A stretch of DNA of 50,740 nt, taken from the IMG/VR virus record IMGVR_UViG_3300048853_000111, positions 1 to 50,740 of that record. One strand, 5' to 3'. This document shows positions 35,686 through 44,483 of the stretch, in pieces; the stretch's first letter is position 1, and each line of letters starts with the position of its first letter. Both the position numbers and the translations under genes were made by a program. Under the pieces are notes generated by a model that had not been told where the DNA came from, did no database searches, and saw nothing but the letters and a program-made list of their open reading frames with translations. Source of the DNA: a virus (lineage: Duplodnaviria > Caudoviricetes).

Positions 35686-37080
35686 TCACGCCACCACCTC
35701 GCAGGCTCGGTCCGACGCCGGAGCGGCATGGCACGAGCCCGCCGCCCCGGTCGCCGCGACGACTTGTCCGGATCGCGTTTGGCCCACCCCCGCCACGGCG
35801 CGGGTGTTGACTCCCGCCTCCGCTTTTTGCGCGCCGCAATCCGGGCCGTGTTTGCCCTCGTCGTCGTCCTGAGCCGAGGGAAGGTCCGCGGGCGGGGTGT
35901 CTCTGATCAGATCGTTGAAATCGCAGCCCTCCGGCGCCCAGGCGATGCGGATCACCCTGCCCGGCCGGCGCCAGCGCGCGGCGGCGCGGCGCAGTGCGCA
36001 TTCGGTGAGGAATCGCTCGCTGTCGCCGTCGCCGAGCAGCGTGATCTGGCTGATGCGGTCGGGAATGGCGATGCCCGGCTCGGCGAGGTCCGGCACGGGG
36101 CCGGGCACGCGCACCGCCCGCACATGGCCGCGCGCATCGGTCACCGTCAGGCTCGGATGCTTCACCGTCTCGGCCGCCCGGCCGCCGAGATTGCCGAGGT
36201 CGACCGCCGCCCAGAAGAGCACATGGCCGATATTGCGCCCGGCCGCGAGCAGGGCCTGGCGCACCGAGAGCACGGTCTCGATGCCCTCCCCCACATAGAT
36301 ATGTGAGGCGTGGTCGTGCCGACCGGCGAGATGGATATGGCCTGAGCGTTTCGAGCCGCGCACCTTCTTCGCCGGCAGAAACTCGCCGGTGTCGGGGTCG
36401 ATCACCTCAGCTTTGCCGTTCGGCCGGCCGAGGTCGACATAGGTGACGTGCAGCCCGGCGAAACGGCCGGCATTGTCGACGATGGCTGCGAGCAGCGCCG
36501 GCCCGGAATGGATGATGCGCGGGCGGGTCTTGCCCGGCCGGCGCGGGTCCGGCTCTTGGCCGTGATAATAGGGCATGGTCTTGGCGGCGCGCAGCTTGCC
36601 GCCGTCGGGAAGATCGAGCCCGCGCAGCTTGAGATAGTGATGCGCGGCCGTGCCGAGGATAGGCTCCGCCCCCTGCCACAGCTCGAAAAGCCACTCGCGC
36701 TCGCGCTCACGGAACTTCGCCGAATCGGCCTCGCGCTTCGCGACCAGCTCGGCGCGCTCGCGCGCCTGCCGCGCGGATACGGCCGGGTCGGGCTCCTGCG
36801 CGCCGCCGAGCCATTCCACCGCCGCGAGAAAGTCTTTGCCTTCCACCTTCTGCACGAGCTTGATCACGTCGCCGCCATCCCCGCAGACGGCACAGACCCA
36901 GCCCTCGCCATCCACCTCGAAACGCGCGGCGCCCTTGGAGGCACGGTTCGGCGAGCAGATAGGGCAAGGGCCGACGAGCTTGCCGCCCGAGCGGCGCAGG
37001 CGCACCCATTTGCCGGCGATCTGGTCGCAGGGGTTGCGGCGCTTCAGATCCTCTTTCGCAGCGTCGGAGATCAGCGGCAT
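35686..37080 (-). CDS. Primase-like protein (CHC2-type zinc finger plus Toprim-like domain)
   Basis: GPCPIC...WVCAVC...GDVI, YLKLRGL, VGEGIET, LLGDGD, DFND; start ATG 37080. Confidence 0.85.
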   Translation of the reverse strand: MPLISDAAKEDLKRRNPCDQIAGKWVRLRRSGGKLVGPCPICSPNRASKGAARFEVDGEGWVCAVCGDGGDVIKLVQKVEGKDFLAAVEWLGGAQEPDPAVSARQARERAELVAKREADSAKFREREREWLFELWQGAEPILGTAAHHYLKLRGLDLPDGGKLRAAKTMPYYHGQEPDPRRPGKTRPRIIHSGPALLAAIVDNAGRFAGLHVTYVDLGRPNGKAEVIDPDTGEFLPAKKVRGSKRSGHIHLAGRHDHASHIYVGEGIETVLSVRQALLAAGRNIGHVLFWAAVDLGNLGGRAAETVKHPSLTVTDARGHVRAVRVPGPVPDLAEPGIAIPDRISQITLLGDGDSERFLTECALRRAAARWRRPGRVIRIAWAPEGCDFNDLIRDTPPADLPSAQDDDEGKHGPDCGAQKAEAGVNTRAVAGVGQTRSGQVVAATGAAGSCHAAPASDRACEVVA

Positions 37081-37289
37081 CACACAGCCTCCCGAAAAAG
37101 CGCTCGGTGCTTGGCATCCCAGAGCGTCGAGCCGGGTCGCTTGGCTTTGAGCGCGGCCTCGACACGGGGACGGGACATCAGGAGCGCGCGGGCGATGGCC
37201 CACACCGGCCAGCCGGCGGCGCGCATGCGCCGGGCCGCGCGGTCGCGGCGCGGATGGTGAAGGCGGACCTCTGTGAAGCGCCGCCGCAT
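37080..37289 (-). CDS. Small HTH-like hypothetical protein
   Basis: RAAGWPVWAIARALLMSRPRV; coupled to the primase start. Confidence 0.55.
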   Translation of the reverse strand: MRRRFTEVRLHHPRRDRAARRMRAAGWPVWAIARALLMSRPRVEAALKAKRPGSTLWDAKHRALFREAV

Positions 37290-37290
37290 C

Positions 37291-37581
37291 TCACGAGTCC
37301 GCACAGAGCCCGGCGGCCGAGCCGATCGAGACCTCGGTCCGCACCCGGCGGCGCCAATCGAAGGGCAGCATGTCCCGCCACGTCTCGGCGACCTCCGGAT
37401 AAGGCTGATTGCAATAGGCATAGAGATCGGCGAGGTGCTCGCGGCTGGCGCGCACGAGGGGATCCTCGGTCTGTTCGGCAAGAAGCCTCCGCAGATTGTC
37501 GACGAGCTCTCGGCGCGCCTCACTGGCCCGCAGAACGGCGGCGATGGCCAGACGGCTTGGAATGACGGGCACCTTGCTCAT
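37291..37581 (-). CDS. Hypothetical protein
   Basis: Coupled ORF in the right early operon. Confidence 0.6.
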   Translation of the reverse strand: MSKVPVIPSRLAIAAVLRASEARRELVDNLRRLLAEQTEDPLVRASREHLADLYAYCNQPYPEVAETWRDMLPFDWRRRVRTEVSIGSAAGLCADS

Positions 37582-38045
37582 GCGCCCGCGCCCTGCAAGC
37601 TGGCGATCACCTGCGTCACCGCCGCATGCACGTCCTGCGCGCGGCTCATCGCGTCGCGCAGCTCGGTCGGCGTCACCCGGCCGTCGGCGATCGCCTCGAG
37701 CACGGCCTGCGCGAGTTGCCCGGCCTCGACGGTGACCTTGAGGGCGAGGCGCATGCTGTCCTCGCTCAGCTTGGTCTCCTTCTGCGGCACGAGGTCATAG
37801 CCGTGCAGGGCCGCGAGCTGGCGGGTAATCACCGGGTCGCCGCAATGCGATTCGATATCGGCGACCTGATCGATGGCGAGGAAGCGGTCCGGCACCTGCG
37901 GCGAGGCGGCTTCGCTCAGACGGCTCTCCGCCCCGCGCGTGATCTCGGCAGCGGCGAGCCGCGGTCCACCCACACGGGTGAGCAGGATCTGCGATGCGCT
38001 TTTCAGCGCGTGGTATTCGGCGGCCGAGAGATAGCGCGCGGTCAT
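37578..38045 (-). CDS. CII-like phage regulatory protein
   Basis: Position after cro; ADGRVTPTE C-terminal motif. Confidence 0.65.
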   Translation of the reverse strand: MTARYLSAAEYHALKSASQILLTRVGGPRLAAAEITRGAESRLSEAASPQVPDRFLAIDQVADIESHCGDPVITRQLAALHGYDLVPQKETKLSEDSMRLALKVTVEAGQLAQAVLEAIADGRVTPTELRDAMSRAQDVHAAVTQVIASLQGAGA

Positions 38046-38221
38046 GGTAAGACTCGCCTGTCAAGGGAAATCCGGGGCGCGGATTTCCCAAGCCGAAGGG
38101 GGACGTGTACGCTTAAGGTGAAGCCGTCAGATCACGGGGGACGACGCAGGTCCGGCAAGTCCTCCGGTCCGTCGGACGAATGCGGCGCGATGCCGAAGTC
38201 CGTCAACCAACCCGGGGGTAA

Positions 38222-38524
38222 ATGATGAATGCGAATGCCACTCTCGAGATCACCGTCGGCGCCTGGACGGCATTGCAAGGCAAAGCCATGGCCCTCGAGC
38301 TCCTGGCACTCTCCATCCTGCAGCGCATGTCCGACGGCGAGAAGGCGGTGGCGGCCGCCATGCTCATGCTCGACCGGTATGAAAAAGAGCATTTGGGTAG
38401 TCAGGGACCGCACCGAACACCCGAGATCGACGCCCATTTCACGGTCATGCGCGCCACTCTCGAAAAGCTCGCCAAGGAGGTCCTCGCCTTCCGTGCGGGG
38501 GAAGGTGTGGAAATGCTCGGCTGA
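38222..38524 (+). CDS. Antisense hypothetical protein between cro and cII-like genes
   Basis: 100-aa helical ORF with GGGGG upstream. Confidence 0.55.
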   Translation: MMNANATLEITVGAWTALQGKAMALELLALSILQRMSDGEKAVAAAMLMLDRYEKEHLGSQGPHRTPEIDAHFTVMRATLEKLAKEVLAFRAGEGVEMLG

Positions 38525-38580
38525 GAGCGGCCTGACCGGAATGGGCTCGCCGCCTGTCAAAATCTCGATGAGGCCGTCCA

Positions 38581-38901
38581 TCACACCACCTCGCGGGAAA
38601 GAGCCGGCCCGGACCGGGGGCAGTCCGAGCCGGCAGTCAGGGAGGAAGCCGGCATGACCCCGCCGGCGCGGCAGGGTTCGGGTATTTCGGAGTTCGGCGC
38701 CGGCCACAGATCGGGCCGCAGTTCCCACCGCGTGACCTGCCCTTCAGTGGCAACTTCAATGGCAAGCGCAAGCTCTGCCGATACCCGGCCGGCACGCTTC
38801 GCCTTCCAGATTGCCCCTTGGCTTACATTGCAGGCCTTTCCGAGCTTGGCTTCGGAGCCGCGCAAGCGAATGGCCTTTTCAATCATGGGTGTCGCGTTCA
38901 T
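38581..38901 (-). CDS. Cro-like (YdaS family) regulator
   Basis: GSEAKLGKACNVSQGAIWK...IEVATEGQVTRWELRPDLW; divergent from CI. Confidence 0.85.
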   Translation of the reverse strand: MNATPMIEKAIRLRGSEAKLGKACNVSQGAIWKAKRAGRVSAELALAIEVATEGQVTRWELRPDLWPAPNSEIPEPCRAGGVMPASSLTAGSDCPRSGPALSREVV

Positions 38902-38910
38902 GGCGGCATC

Positions 38911-38990
38911 AACATGAACACTTTGGTTTTCAAAGTCAACAACCACTCTCGTGACCCCGTGCAACAACCGAGGTTGTAAGATCTCAAGCT
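38911..38990. promoter_or_regulatory. OR-like control region: pR, operators, pRM-like promoter
   Basis: Minus TTGACT-17-CATGTT; palindrome ACAACCGAGGTTGT at 38964-38977; plus TAAGAT 8 nt before the cI ATG. Confidence 0.7.
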
Positions 38991-39662
38991 ATGAAATGGT
39001 TCGAGAAAATCCGCGCGCGCCGCGAACAACTATCCATTTCCCAGGCCGAACTTGGCGTTCGGGTGGGATTGAGCCAGGCGGCGATCGACAAGATTGAGAG
39101 TGGCCGCGTCCAAAGAACGCGGGCCGCTGCACGCCTGGCGACCGCTCTCAACATTCCACTTTCCGAGATCGACCCGGACTTGGCGGCGATCTCAAGCGAA
39201 CGATTTCCAGAGCCGAACGCAGGGTCGCCAATCCCTGTGCAGATCTCCTCGCATCGGCGAGTACCCGTTTACGGTCAGGCTATTGGTGGCGACGACGGGC
39301 GCTTTATTATGAATGGCACGCGGCTAATGGACGTTTTCTGTCCACCGTCTCTGGAGGGCGTTAGAGACGCTTATGCGGTGATCTTCCATGGCAGCTCCAT
39401 GGAACCACGCTTCTTTGAAGGCGAGGCCGGATGGGTCAATCCTCATCTGCCCGTGAAGAGCGGTGATTTCGTCGTGGCGCAGATCGCAGCCGACAACCCG
39501 GGCGATCCACCTTTCGGTTACGTGAAGCAGTTCGTATCCAAGGGTGGGACAGACTTGGTTCTCAGGCAGATCAATCCCCCCGAAGGCAATGATGAAATTT
39601 TGAGATTCCCTGTAAAAAGGGTCATATCAGTTCACAAGATCGTTCTCTCTGGACAGATTTGA
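38991..39662 (+). CDS. CI-like repressor (XRE HTH plus S24 peptidase)
   Basis: ISQAELGVRVGLSQAAIDKIESG; GSSMEP Ser and YVKQF Lys. Confidence 0.92.
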   Translation: MKWFEKIRARREQLSISQAELGVRVGLSQAAIDKIESGRVQRTRAAARLATALNIPLSEIDPDLAAISSERFPEPNAGSPIPVQISSHRRVPVYGQAIGGDDGRFIMNGTRLMDVFCPPSLEGVRDAYAVIFHGSSMEPRFFEGEAGWVNPHLPVKSGDFVVAQIAADNPGDPPFGYVKQFVSKGGTDLVLRQINPPEGNDEILRFPVKRVISVHKIVLSGQI

Positions 39663-39894
39663 CCACGTCGCCGCCGACAATCCGCACAACAACATTCGGC
39701 AAAGCCCCCGCATAATTTCGACATTCAACGCACCGCACCCGGCGCCAAAGATCTGCAACTGTGGCCGCTCCCATGCACTTGGCGCGCTCAATCTCGCGAC
39801 GGCGCCAAATCCGCTCCCGCCCGCAATCATCGCATCTGAGCAGCAAGCTCGAAACGCTTGCCAGCGACCGCGCTGAATACGCTCCCCCGTCCAT
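39622..39894 (-). CDS. Small CxxC-CxxC zinc-binding protein, LexA-boxed
   Basis: RCDDCGR and RCVECR; ATG 39894 after GAGG; overlaps the cI 3' end by 41 nt. Confidence 0.7.
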   Translation of the reverse strand: MDGGAYSARSLASVSSLLLRCDDCGRERIWRRREIERAKCMGAATVADLWRRVRCVECRNYAGALPNVVVRIVGGDVVKSVQRERSCELI

Positions 39895-39907
39895 GCGAAC
39901 CCTCAAT

Positions 39908-39922
39908 GTTCTCCAGACGTTC
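39908..39922 (-). promoter_or_regulatory. Alphaproteobacterial LexA (SOS) box GTTC-N7-GTTC
   Basis: GTTC tccagac GTTC, 13 nt upstream of the zinc-finger gene start. Confidence 0.8.
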
Positions 39923-39961
39923 TAATATCCGCCGCACATTCAGGAGTCGAATCGGCGCAGC

Positions 39962-40023
39962 AACAACCGACCGGGGGTCACGCTGGAATTTGGTTGTTGA
40001 CCGGTAACAACTTTGGTTATAAT
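39962..40023 (+). promoter_or_regulatory. pL-like promoter with operators
   Basis: TTGACC (39997) and TATAAT (40018) bracket ACAACTTTGGTTAT; further ACAACC / GGTTGT half sites nearby. Confidence 0.65.
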
Positions 40024-40067
40024 TCTTCCCTCAATCCAGACACATTCCGCGTCGGACCGAGGGATCA

Positions 40068-40679
40068 ATGCTTTCCAGCACAAGACGACTTTCGACCGGC
40101 CGCCAGGCACCCCTCGCCGGCAAGCCGGTCGCGGATGAGACATCCGCCATCACCCGCCGCATGGCCGAGAAGCTCATCGAGCTCGATGCCACCAAGGGTG
40201 GCGTGACCCGCGACGACCTCCTGCCCTTCTTCTCCAACCAAGAGATAAACACCTTCATCACGGCCGCCGCGGAGCTTGCCTGCGACCGCAGCGTGTCGCG
40301 CCTCACCGAGGTGGCGCCCCCGCCGCCAGTCGCGGATGAGACATCCGCCACCACCCGCCGCATGGCCGAGAAGCTCATCGAGCTCGATGCCACCAAGGGT
40401 GGCGTGACCCGCGACGACTTCCTGCCCTTCTTCTCCAATCAAGAGATAGACACCTTCATCAGGGCCGCCGTGGCGCTTGCCTGCGACCGCAGGGTGTCGC
40501 GCCTCGTCGAGGTGGCGCCCCCGCCGCCGGCGGAGGATCTGCCGGACGAGGCCGAGGCGCCGGGCGTCGACGTCAAGATCCGCCGCGCGGCGGAGCGCGC
40601 CGCCGAATTCTCCTGCATCGCTTTCATCCTCGGCGTCGGCATCGTCTTGACCGGCTACGCCTCCTTCAACGGGGGCTGA
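40068..40679 (+). CDS. First left-operon protein with duplicated 67-aa domain and C-terminal TM helix
   Basis: RBS GAGGGA; internal duplication; hydrophobic C-terminus. Confidence 0.75.
   Translation: MLSSTRRLSTGRQAPLAGKPVADETSAITRRMAEKLIELDATKGGVTRDDLLPFFSNQEINTFITAAAELACDRSVSRLTEVAPPPPVADETSATTRRMAEKLIELDATKGGVTRDDFLPFFSNQEIDTFIRAAVALACDRRVSRLVEVAPPPPAEDLPDEAEAPGVDVKIRRAAERAAEFSCIAFILGVGIVLTGYASFNGG
40128..40528. repeat. 201-bp near-identical tandem duplication
   Basis: gtcgcggatgagacatccgcca starts at 40128 and 40329. Confidence 0.95.
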
Positions 40680-40680
40680 G

Positions 40681-40803
40681 GTGGGCGATATCTCCTTCCT
40701 GCGCGCCTGCCTGCTCATTCTCTTGGGCTATCTCATCGGAGCGACCGTGCTCGTGCTCGCCTGCAGCGGAGCTTGGCGCCTGATCTTCTGGAGGCGCCGA
40801 TGA
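40681..40803 (+). CDS. Small hydrophobic peptide
   Basis: 40 aa with one TM helix; stop overlaps the next ATG. Confidence 0.45.
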   Translation: MGDISFLRACLLILLGYLIGATVLVLACSGAWRLIFWRRR

Positions 40804-41426
40804 TCTGGATGCAGACCGCCTCCGGCATCGCCTTCGACCTCCTCAACCCGACCCCCGCGATGGTCGACCTCCGGCATGACGTGCCGGATGCCCTCGCCCG
40901 CATCTCGCGCTTCACCGGCCATGTGCCCGGTGGCATCTATTCCGTCGCCCAGCATTGCGTGATCGGCGCCGACGCGCTGATGCACGAGACCGGCCGGCCT
41001 GACATTGCGGCCGCGTTCCTGCTGTACGATGCCAAGGAAGCCTTCATCGGTGATTGGGGGACGCCAATCAAGCAGGCGCTCGCCGCCGCCGCCGGCTTGG
41101 CCGTTCCCGATGGCCATAACGCCGTGCTGGAAGGCATGCGCTGGCTGGAAAACGGTATCGACGCGGCCATTCACGCAGCCGCCCGCGTCGCGTGGCCCCT
41201 TCCGCCGGCGATCGCCGCGGCCGTCAAGACGATGGATCTGCGCATGCTCGCCACCGAGCGGCGGCAGCTCCTCGCCCCCGCACCACAGCCATGGGTGGCG
41301 GCAGTCGAGGCCGCCGAGCCGCTACGCCTGGCCGCCGGCAGCCTCACGGTCTGGCCTTGGACCAAGGCCGCCGACGAGTGGCACGACCGCCTCAACCGCT
41401 ATTGCCCCGCCGCACTCGCGGCCTGA
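40800..41426 (+). CDS. HD-domain 5'-deoxynucleotidase-like protein (HD motif reads YD)
   Basis: ISRFTGH, YSVAQHC, LLYDAKEAFIGD, DLRMLATERR. Confidence 0.8.
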   Translation: MIWMQTASGIAFDLLNPTPAMVDLRHDVPDALARISRFTGHVPGGIYSVAQHCVIGADALMHETGRPDIAAAFLLYDAKEAFIGDWGTPIKQALAAAAGLAVPDGHNAVLEGMRWLENGIDAAIHAAARVAWPLPPAIAAAVKTMDLRMLATERRQLLAPAPQPWVAAVEAAEPLRLAAGSLTVWPWTKAADEWHDRLNRYCPAALAA

Positions 41427-41705
41427 TCAACGGAGATATTCAATGGAAACGACCAAAGTTGTTTGGGAATTCAAACTTCATCAGCACGTCAAGCTCGTGG
41501 AGAGCGAAGAGGCGGGCACTGTCGTCGGCCGCGCCGAATACACGAACAGCCCCAACAACTACTTGGTCCGCTACCGGGCCGGAGACGGTCGCCAGACCGA
41601 GGCGTGGTGGACGGCCGACGCCTTGATGGCCTGCTGAACCGCCCGCGCCGCCTGCCTACTCACCCGCTCTGGCCCCGCCGCACGCGCGGCCTGATCAACG
41701 GAGAT
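41404..41705. repeat. 34-bp direct repeat (41404-41437 and 41672-41705) flanking a small gene
   Basis: gccccgccgcac(t/g)cgcggcctgatcaacggagat, one mismatch. Confidence 0.9.
41443..41637 (+). CDS. Small beta-rich hypothetical protein
   Basis: GGAGA RBS; GTVVGRAEY...YLVRY...EAWW. Confidence 0.7.
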   Translation: METTKVVWEFKLHQHVKLVESEEAGTVVGRAEYTNSPNNYLVRYRAGDGRQTEAWWTADALMAC

Positions 41706-41713
41706 CCCCTTCC

Positions 41714-42049
41714 ATGAAACGCATCCGCGATGCGCAGACGATCATCGGCATGCTCGAAGGCGGTGAAGTCTCCGCCGACTTGTCGAAAGAGATCACCGAG
41801 ACTTTGGCTGCCATGCGCGAGCGCGCCGGCAGCAAGGGCAAGGTGAGTGGCTCCGTCAGCCTTAAAATCAAGTTCGATATGGAGGGAAACACGACGAGTA
41901 TTTCCGTCGATATCGAATCGAAGCGGCCCAAGCCGCAACGCGGGAACTCCTTCTATTGGGTGCTCGACGACGGATCGCTCAGCACCGAGCACCCCCAACA
42001 AATGAACATGTTTGCCGGGCCGCGCGACGCCGCGGCCGATGCCGGCTGA
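41714..42049 (+). CDS. Hypothetical protein, partner of DUF2303
   Basis: GSVSLKIKF and GSLSTEHPQQMNM; typical neighbour of DUF2303. Confidence 0.75.
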   Translation: MKRIRDAQTIIGMLEGGEVSADLSKEITETLAAMRERAGSKGKVSGSVSLKIKFDMEGNTTSISVDIESKRPKPQRGNSFYWVLDDGSLSTEHPQQMNMFAGPRDAAADAG

Positions 42050-42084
42050 CATTCACCCTCCCCTCCAGCCCGGAGATCCTTTGA

Positions 42085-43056
42085 ATGGCTCAACATAACG
42101 AAACCACGGTTCCCACTGTGGCTGCGATCGACAGCTTGACCGATCTCGCGGCCGAGGCGCGCGGCGTCGACCTCGTCGGCATAACCGCCCCGTCGACGCT
42201 GGAAGGCGTACCGTCATATATTCCGCTTGGCATCCGCCACGGCAAGACGCCCGAACCCATCGACCTCTCTCGCTTCTTCGAGCCCTATCGGACGCGCCCG
42301 GCCCGCAAGGCCGGCACCGCCCAGGCGCTGACGCTGCAGTCCTTCGTCGACCTCGTGAACCGCCACAAGACCGAGCATTCGGCGATCTTCGCCAATACCG
42401 ACTGGCGCGAGCCGAGCTTCACGGCGGTGATCGACTATCACCGGCTCAGCAGCACGATCGAGACCGAGAGCGCGCCAACCCAGATACAGCCCGGCGAGCC
42501 CGACAACGGCAAGCACCGGGTGCGCTACGCCTTCCCGCTGTCGGACGAATGGAAAGCTTGGGTCGCCAACAACGGCGAGCGCATGACGCAAGCCGAGTTC
42601 GCATGTTTCCTCGAGGATCGCATTGCCGAGCTCTCGGCGCCGAATGACGCCGAGAAGATCGCACTGGAGCGCGATTTCGCAACGAAGGTGGCGACGCCGG
42701 CCGAAGTCATCCAGCTCTCACGCGGCCTGCAGGTCAATGTCGGCGCAACGGTCAAGAACGCCATCACCCTGCAATCGGGCGAGGGGCAGATCGTATGGCA
42801 AGAGAGCCACACGGATGAAAGCGGCCAGCCGATCAAGGTGCCGGGCATCTTTCTCCTGGCGGTTGCCCCCTTCTTCATGGGCGAGAAAATCCGCGTTCCG
42901 GTGCGGCTCCGGTACCGGCCGAAGAACGGCGCGCTGGAGTGGTTTTACAACATCTACCGGCCCGACCAGTTCGTGACCGAACGGGTGCGCGACGATCTCG
43001 ACACGGTTGAGCAGGCCACCAACCTGCCGACCTTCGAAGGCTCGCCGGAGATCTAG
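42085..43056 (+). CDS. DUF2303 (YfdQ-like) family protein
   Basis: TAVIDYH, SDEWKAW, QAEFACFLED, RLRYR. Confidence 0.82.
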   Translation: MAQHNETTVPTVAAIDSLTDLAAEARGVDLVGITAPSTLEGVPSYIPLGIRHGKTPEPIDLSRFFEPYRTRPARKAGTAQALTLQSFVDLVNRHKTEHSAIFANTDWREPSFTAVIDYHRLSSTIETESAPTQIQPGEPDNGKHRVRYAFPLSDEWKAWVANNGERMTQAEFACFLEDRIAELSAPNDAEKIALERDFATKVATPAEVIQLSRGLQVNVGATVKNAITLQSGEGQIVWQESHTDESGQPIKVPGIFLLAVAPFFMGEKIRVPVRLRYRPKNGALEWFYNIYRPDQFVTERVRDDLDTVEQATNLPTFEGSPEI

Positions 43057-43164
43057 CCGGCCGACCTGAGCCCTCGCTCGCGGGCTCCCTGTCCCGCACC
43101 GCACCCCTCGTGAGAACGAAGCCGGAAGATCCGGTTTCGTTCTTCCTGCCCGCCGGAGCGACCG

Positions 43165-44268
43165 ATGAAACTCACCCTTGACCGCGCCGCGTTGCTCAAG
43201 CCGCTCTCGGCGCTCAACCGCATCGTCGAGAAGCGCACGACAATCCCGATTCTCTCCAATATCCTGCTCACCGCGGCCGACGGGCGGCTGGCGCTCAAGG
43301 CGACCGATCTCGACATCGAGGCGACCGCATCAGCCGCGGCTAACGTCGAGACAGCGGGCGCGATCACCCTCCCCGCGAGCACGCTGCACGACATCACACG
43401 CAAGCTGGCCGAAGGCGCGCGCATCGAGCTCGTGCTGTCCGACGACGGCACCAAAGTCGTCCTGAAGGCAGGTCGCTCGCGCTTCACCATCCACGCGCTG
43501 CCCGCCGCGGATTTTCCGGACATCTCGGCAGGCGAGTTGCCGCACCGCTTCACGCTGTCCGCGAAGAAGCTGCTGCATTTGATTGAGAAAACGCGCTTTG
43601 CGATCTCCACCGAAGAGACGCGCTATTATCTCAATGGCATCTATCTGCACGCGATCGACGACAAGCTGATCGCCGTGGCGACGGACGGCCACCGCCTGGC
43701 GCGCGCCACCGCCGAGGCCCCGGAAGGCTCGGCCGGCATGCCGGGCGTGATCGTCCCACGCAAGACCGTCGGCGAGCTCGTGCGCATGCTCGACGGCGCC
43801 GAGACGCTCACCGTCGAGCTTTCGGCCGCCAAGATCCGCTTCACGATCGGCGAGGAGGTGCTCACCTCCAAGCTCATCGACGGCACCTTCCCCGATTATC
43901 AGCGCGTCATTCCGGCGAACAACGACAAGATCGCCGTTCTCGATCGCGCTGCTCTCGCCGCAGCGGCCGACCGTGTCGCCACGGTGTCGAGCGAGAAAGG
44001 CCGCGCGGTCAAGTTCGACTTCACTGAAGGCCTGCTGTCGCTCGGCGTTACCAGCCCCGAGCAGGGCGAAGCCGCCGAGGATGTCGAGGCGGAATATGAG
44101 GCGGCGCCGCTGACGATCGGCTTCAATGCCCGCTATGTCGCCGAACTCCTCGGCACGCTGGCGAGCGACACCGTGCGCATCGCAATGGCGGAGGGCGGCG
44201 CGCCGGCGCTGGTCGATGCGCCGGGTGACGACAGCGTCACGCTCGTGCTCATGCCGATGCGGGTGTGA
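43165..44268 (+). CDS. dnaN: DNA polymerase III beta sliding clamp, phage-encoded
   Basis: TIPILSN, ATDLD, STEETRYYLNG, ATDGHRL, SKLIDGTFPDY, IGFNARY, LMPMRV. Confidence 0.95.
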   Translation: MKLTLDRAALLKPLSALNRIVEKRTTIPILSNILLTAADGRLALKATDLDIEATASAAANVETAGAITLPASTLHDITRKLAEGARIELVLSDDGTKVVLKAGRSRFTIHALPAADFPDISAGELPHRFTLSAKKLLHLIEKTRFAISTEETRYYLNGIYLHAIDDKLIAVATDGHRLARATAEAPEGSAGMPGVIVPRKTVGELVRMLDGAETLTVELSAAKIRFTIGEEVLTSKLIDGTFPDYQRVIPANNDKIAVLDRAALAAAADRVATVSSEKGRAVKFDFTEGLLSLGVTSPEQGEAAEDVEAEYEAAPLTIGFNARYVAELLGTLASDTVRIAMAEGGAPALVDAPGDDSVTLVLMPMRV

Positions 44269-44480
44269 CCGTGAACGCCGCGATCCCCCACCTCGAGGCG
44301 GAGCGCCGCCAGCTCATGGCGAGCTACGCCATCGCCCGCCGCCGCCACGCCGGCCAGCGCAAGGCCGCCGCGGCGCTCGTCAAGGTCACCGCCGCCGCGC
44401 TGAAGGCGGAGCTGGCGGAGAAGAGCCGCCGCGTGCGGGCGCCCAGCCTGCCCGATCTTTTCACATCGATGGAGGCCTGA
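44265..44480 (+). CDS. Hypothetical protein
   Basis: Coupled ORF. Confidence 0.55.
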   Translation: MTVNAAIPHLEAERRQLMASYAIARRRHAGQRKAAAALVKVTAAALKAELAEKSRRVRAPSLPDLFTSMEA

Positions 44481-44483
44481 ACC

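Noticed and set aside
862-41426. 2-aminoadenine (Z-genome) pathway suggested by the dNTP diphosphohydrolase and HD protein
   Set aside because: No PurZ or phage DNA polymerase is visible, the genes are 40 kb apart and the HD motif is altered
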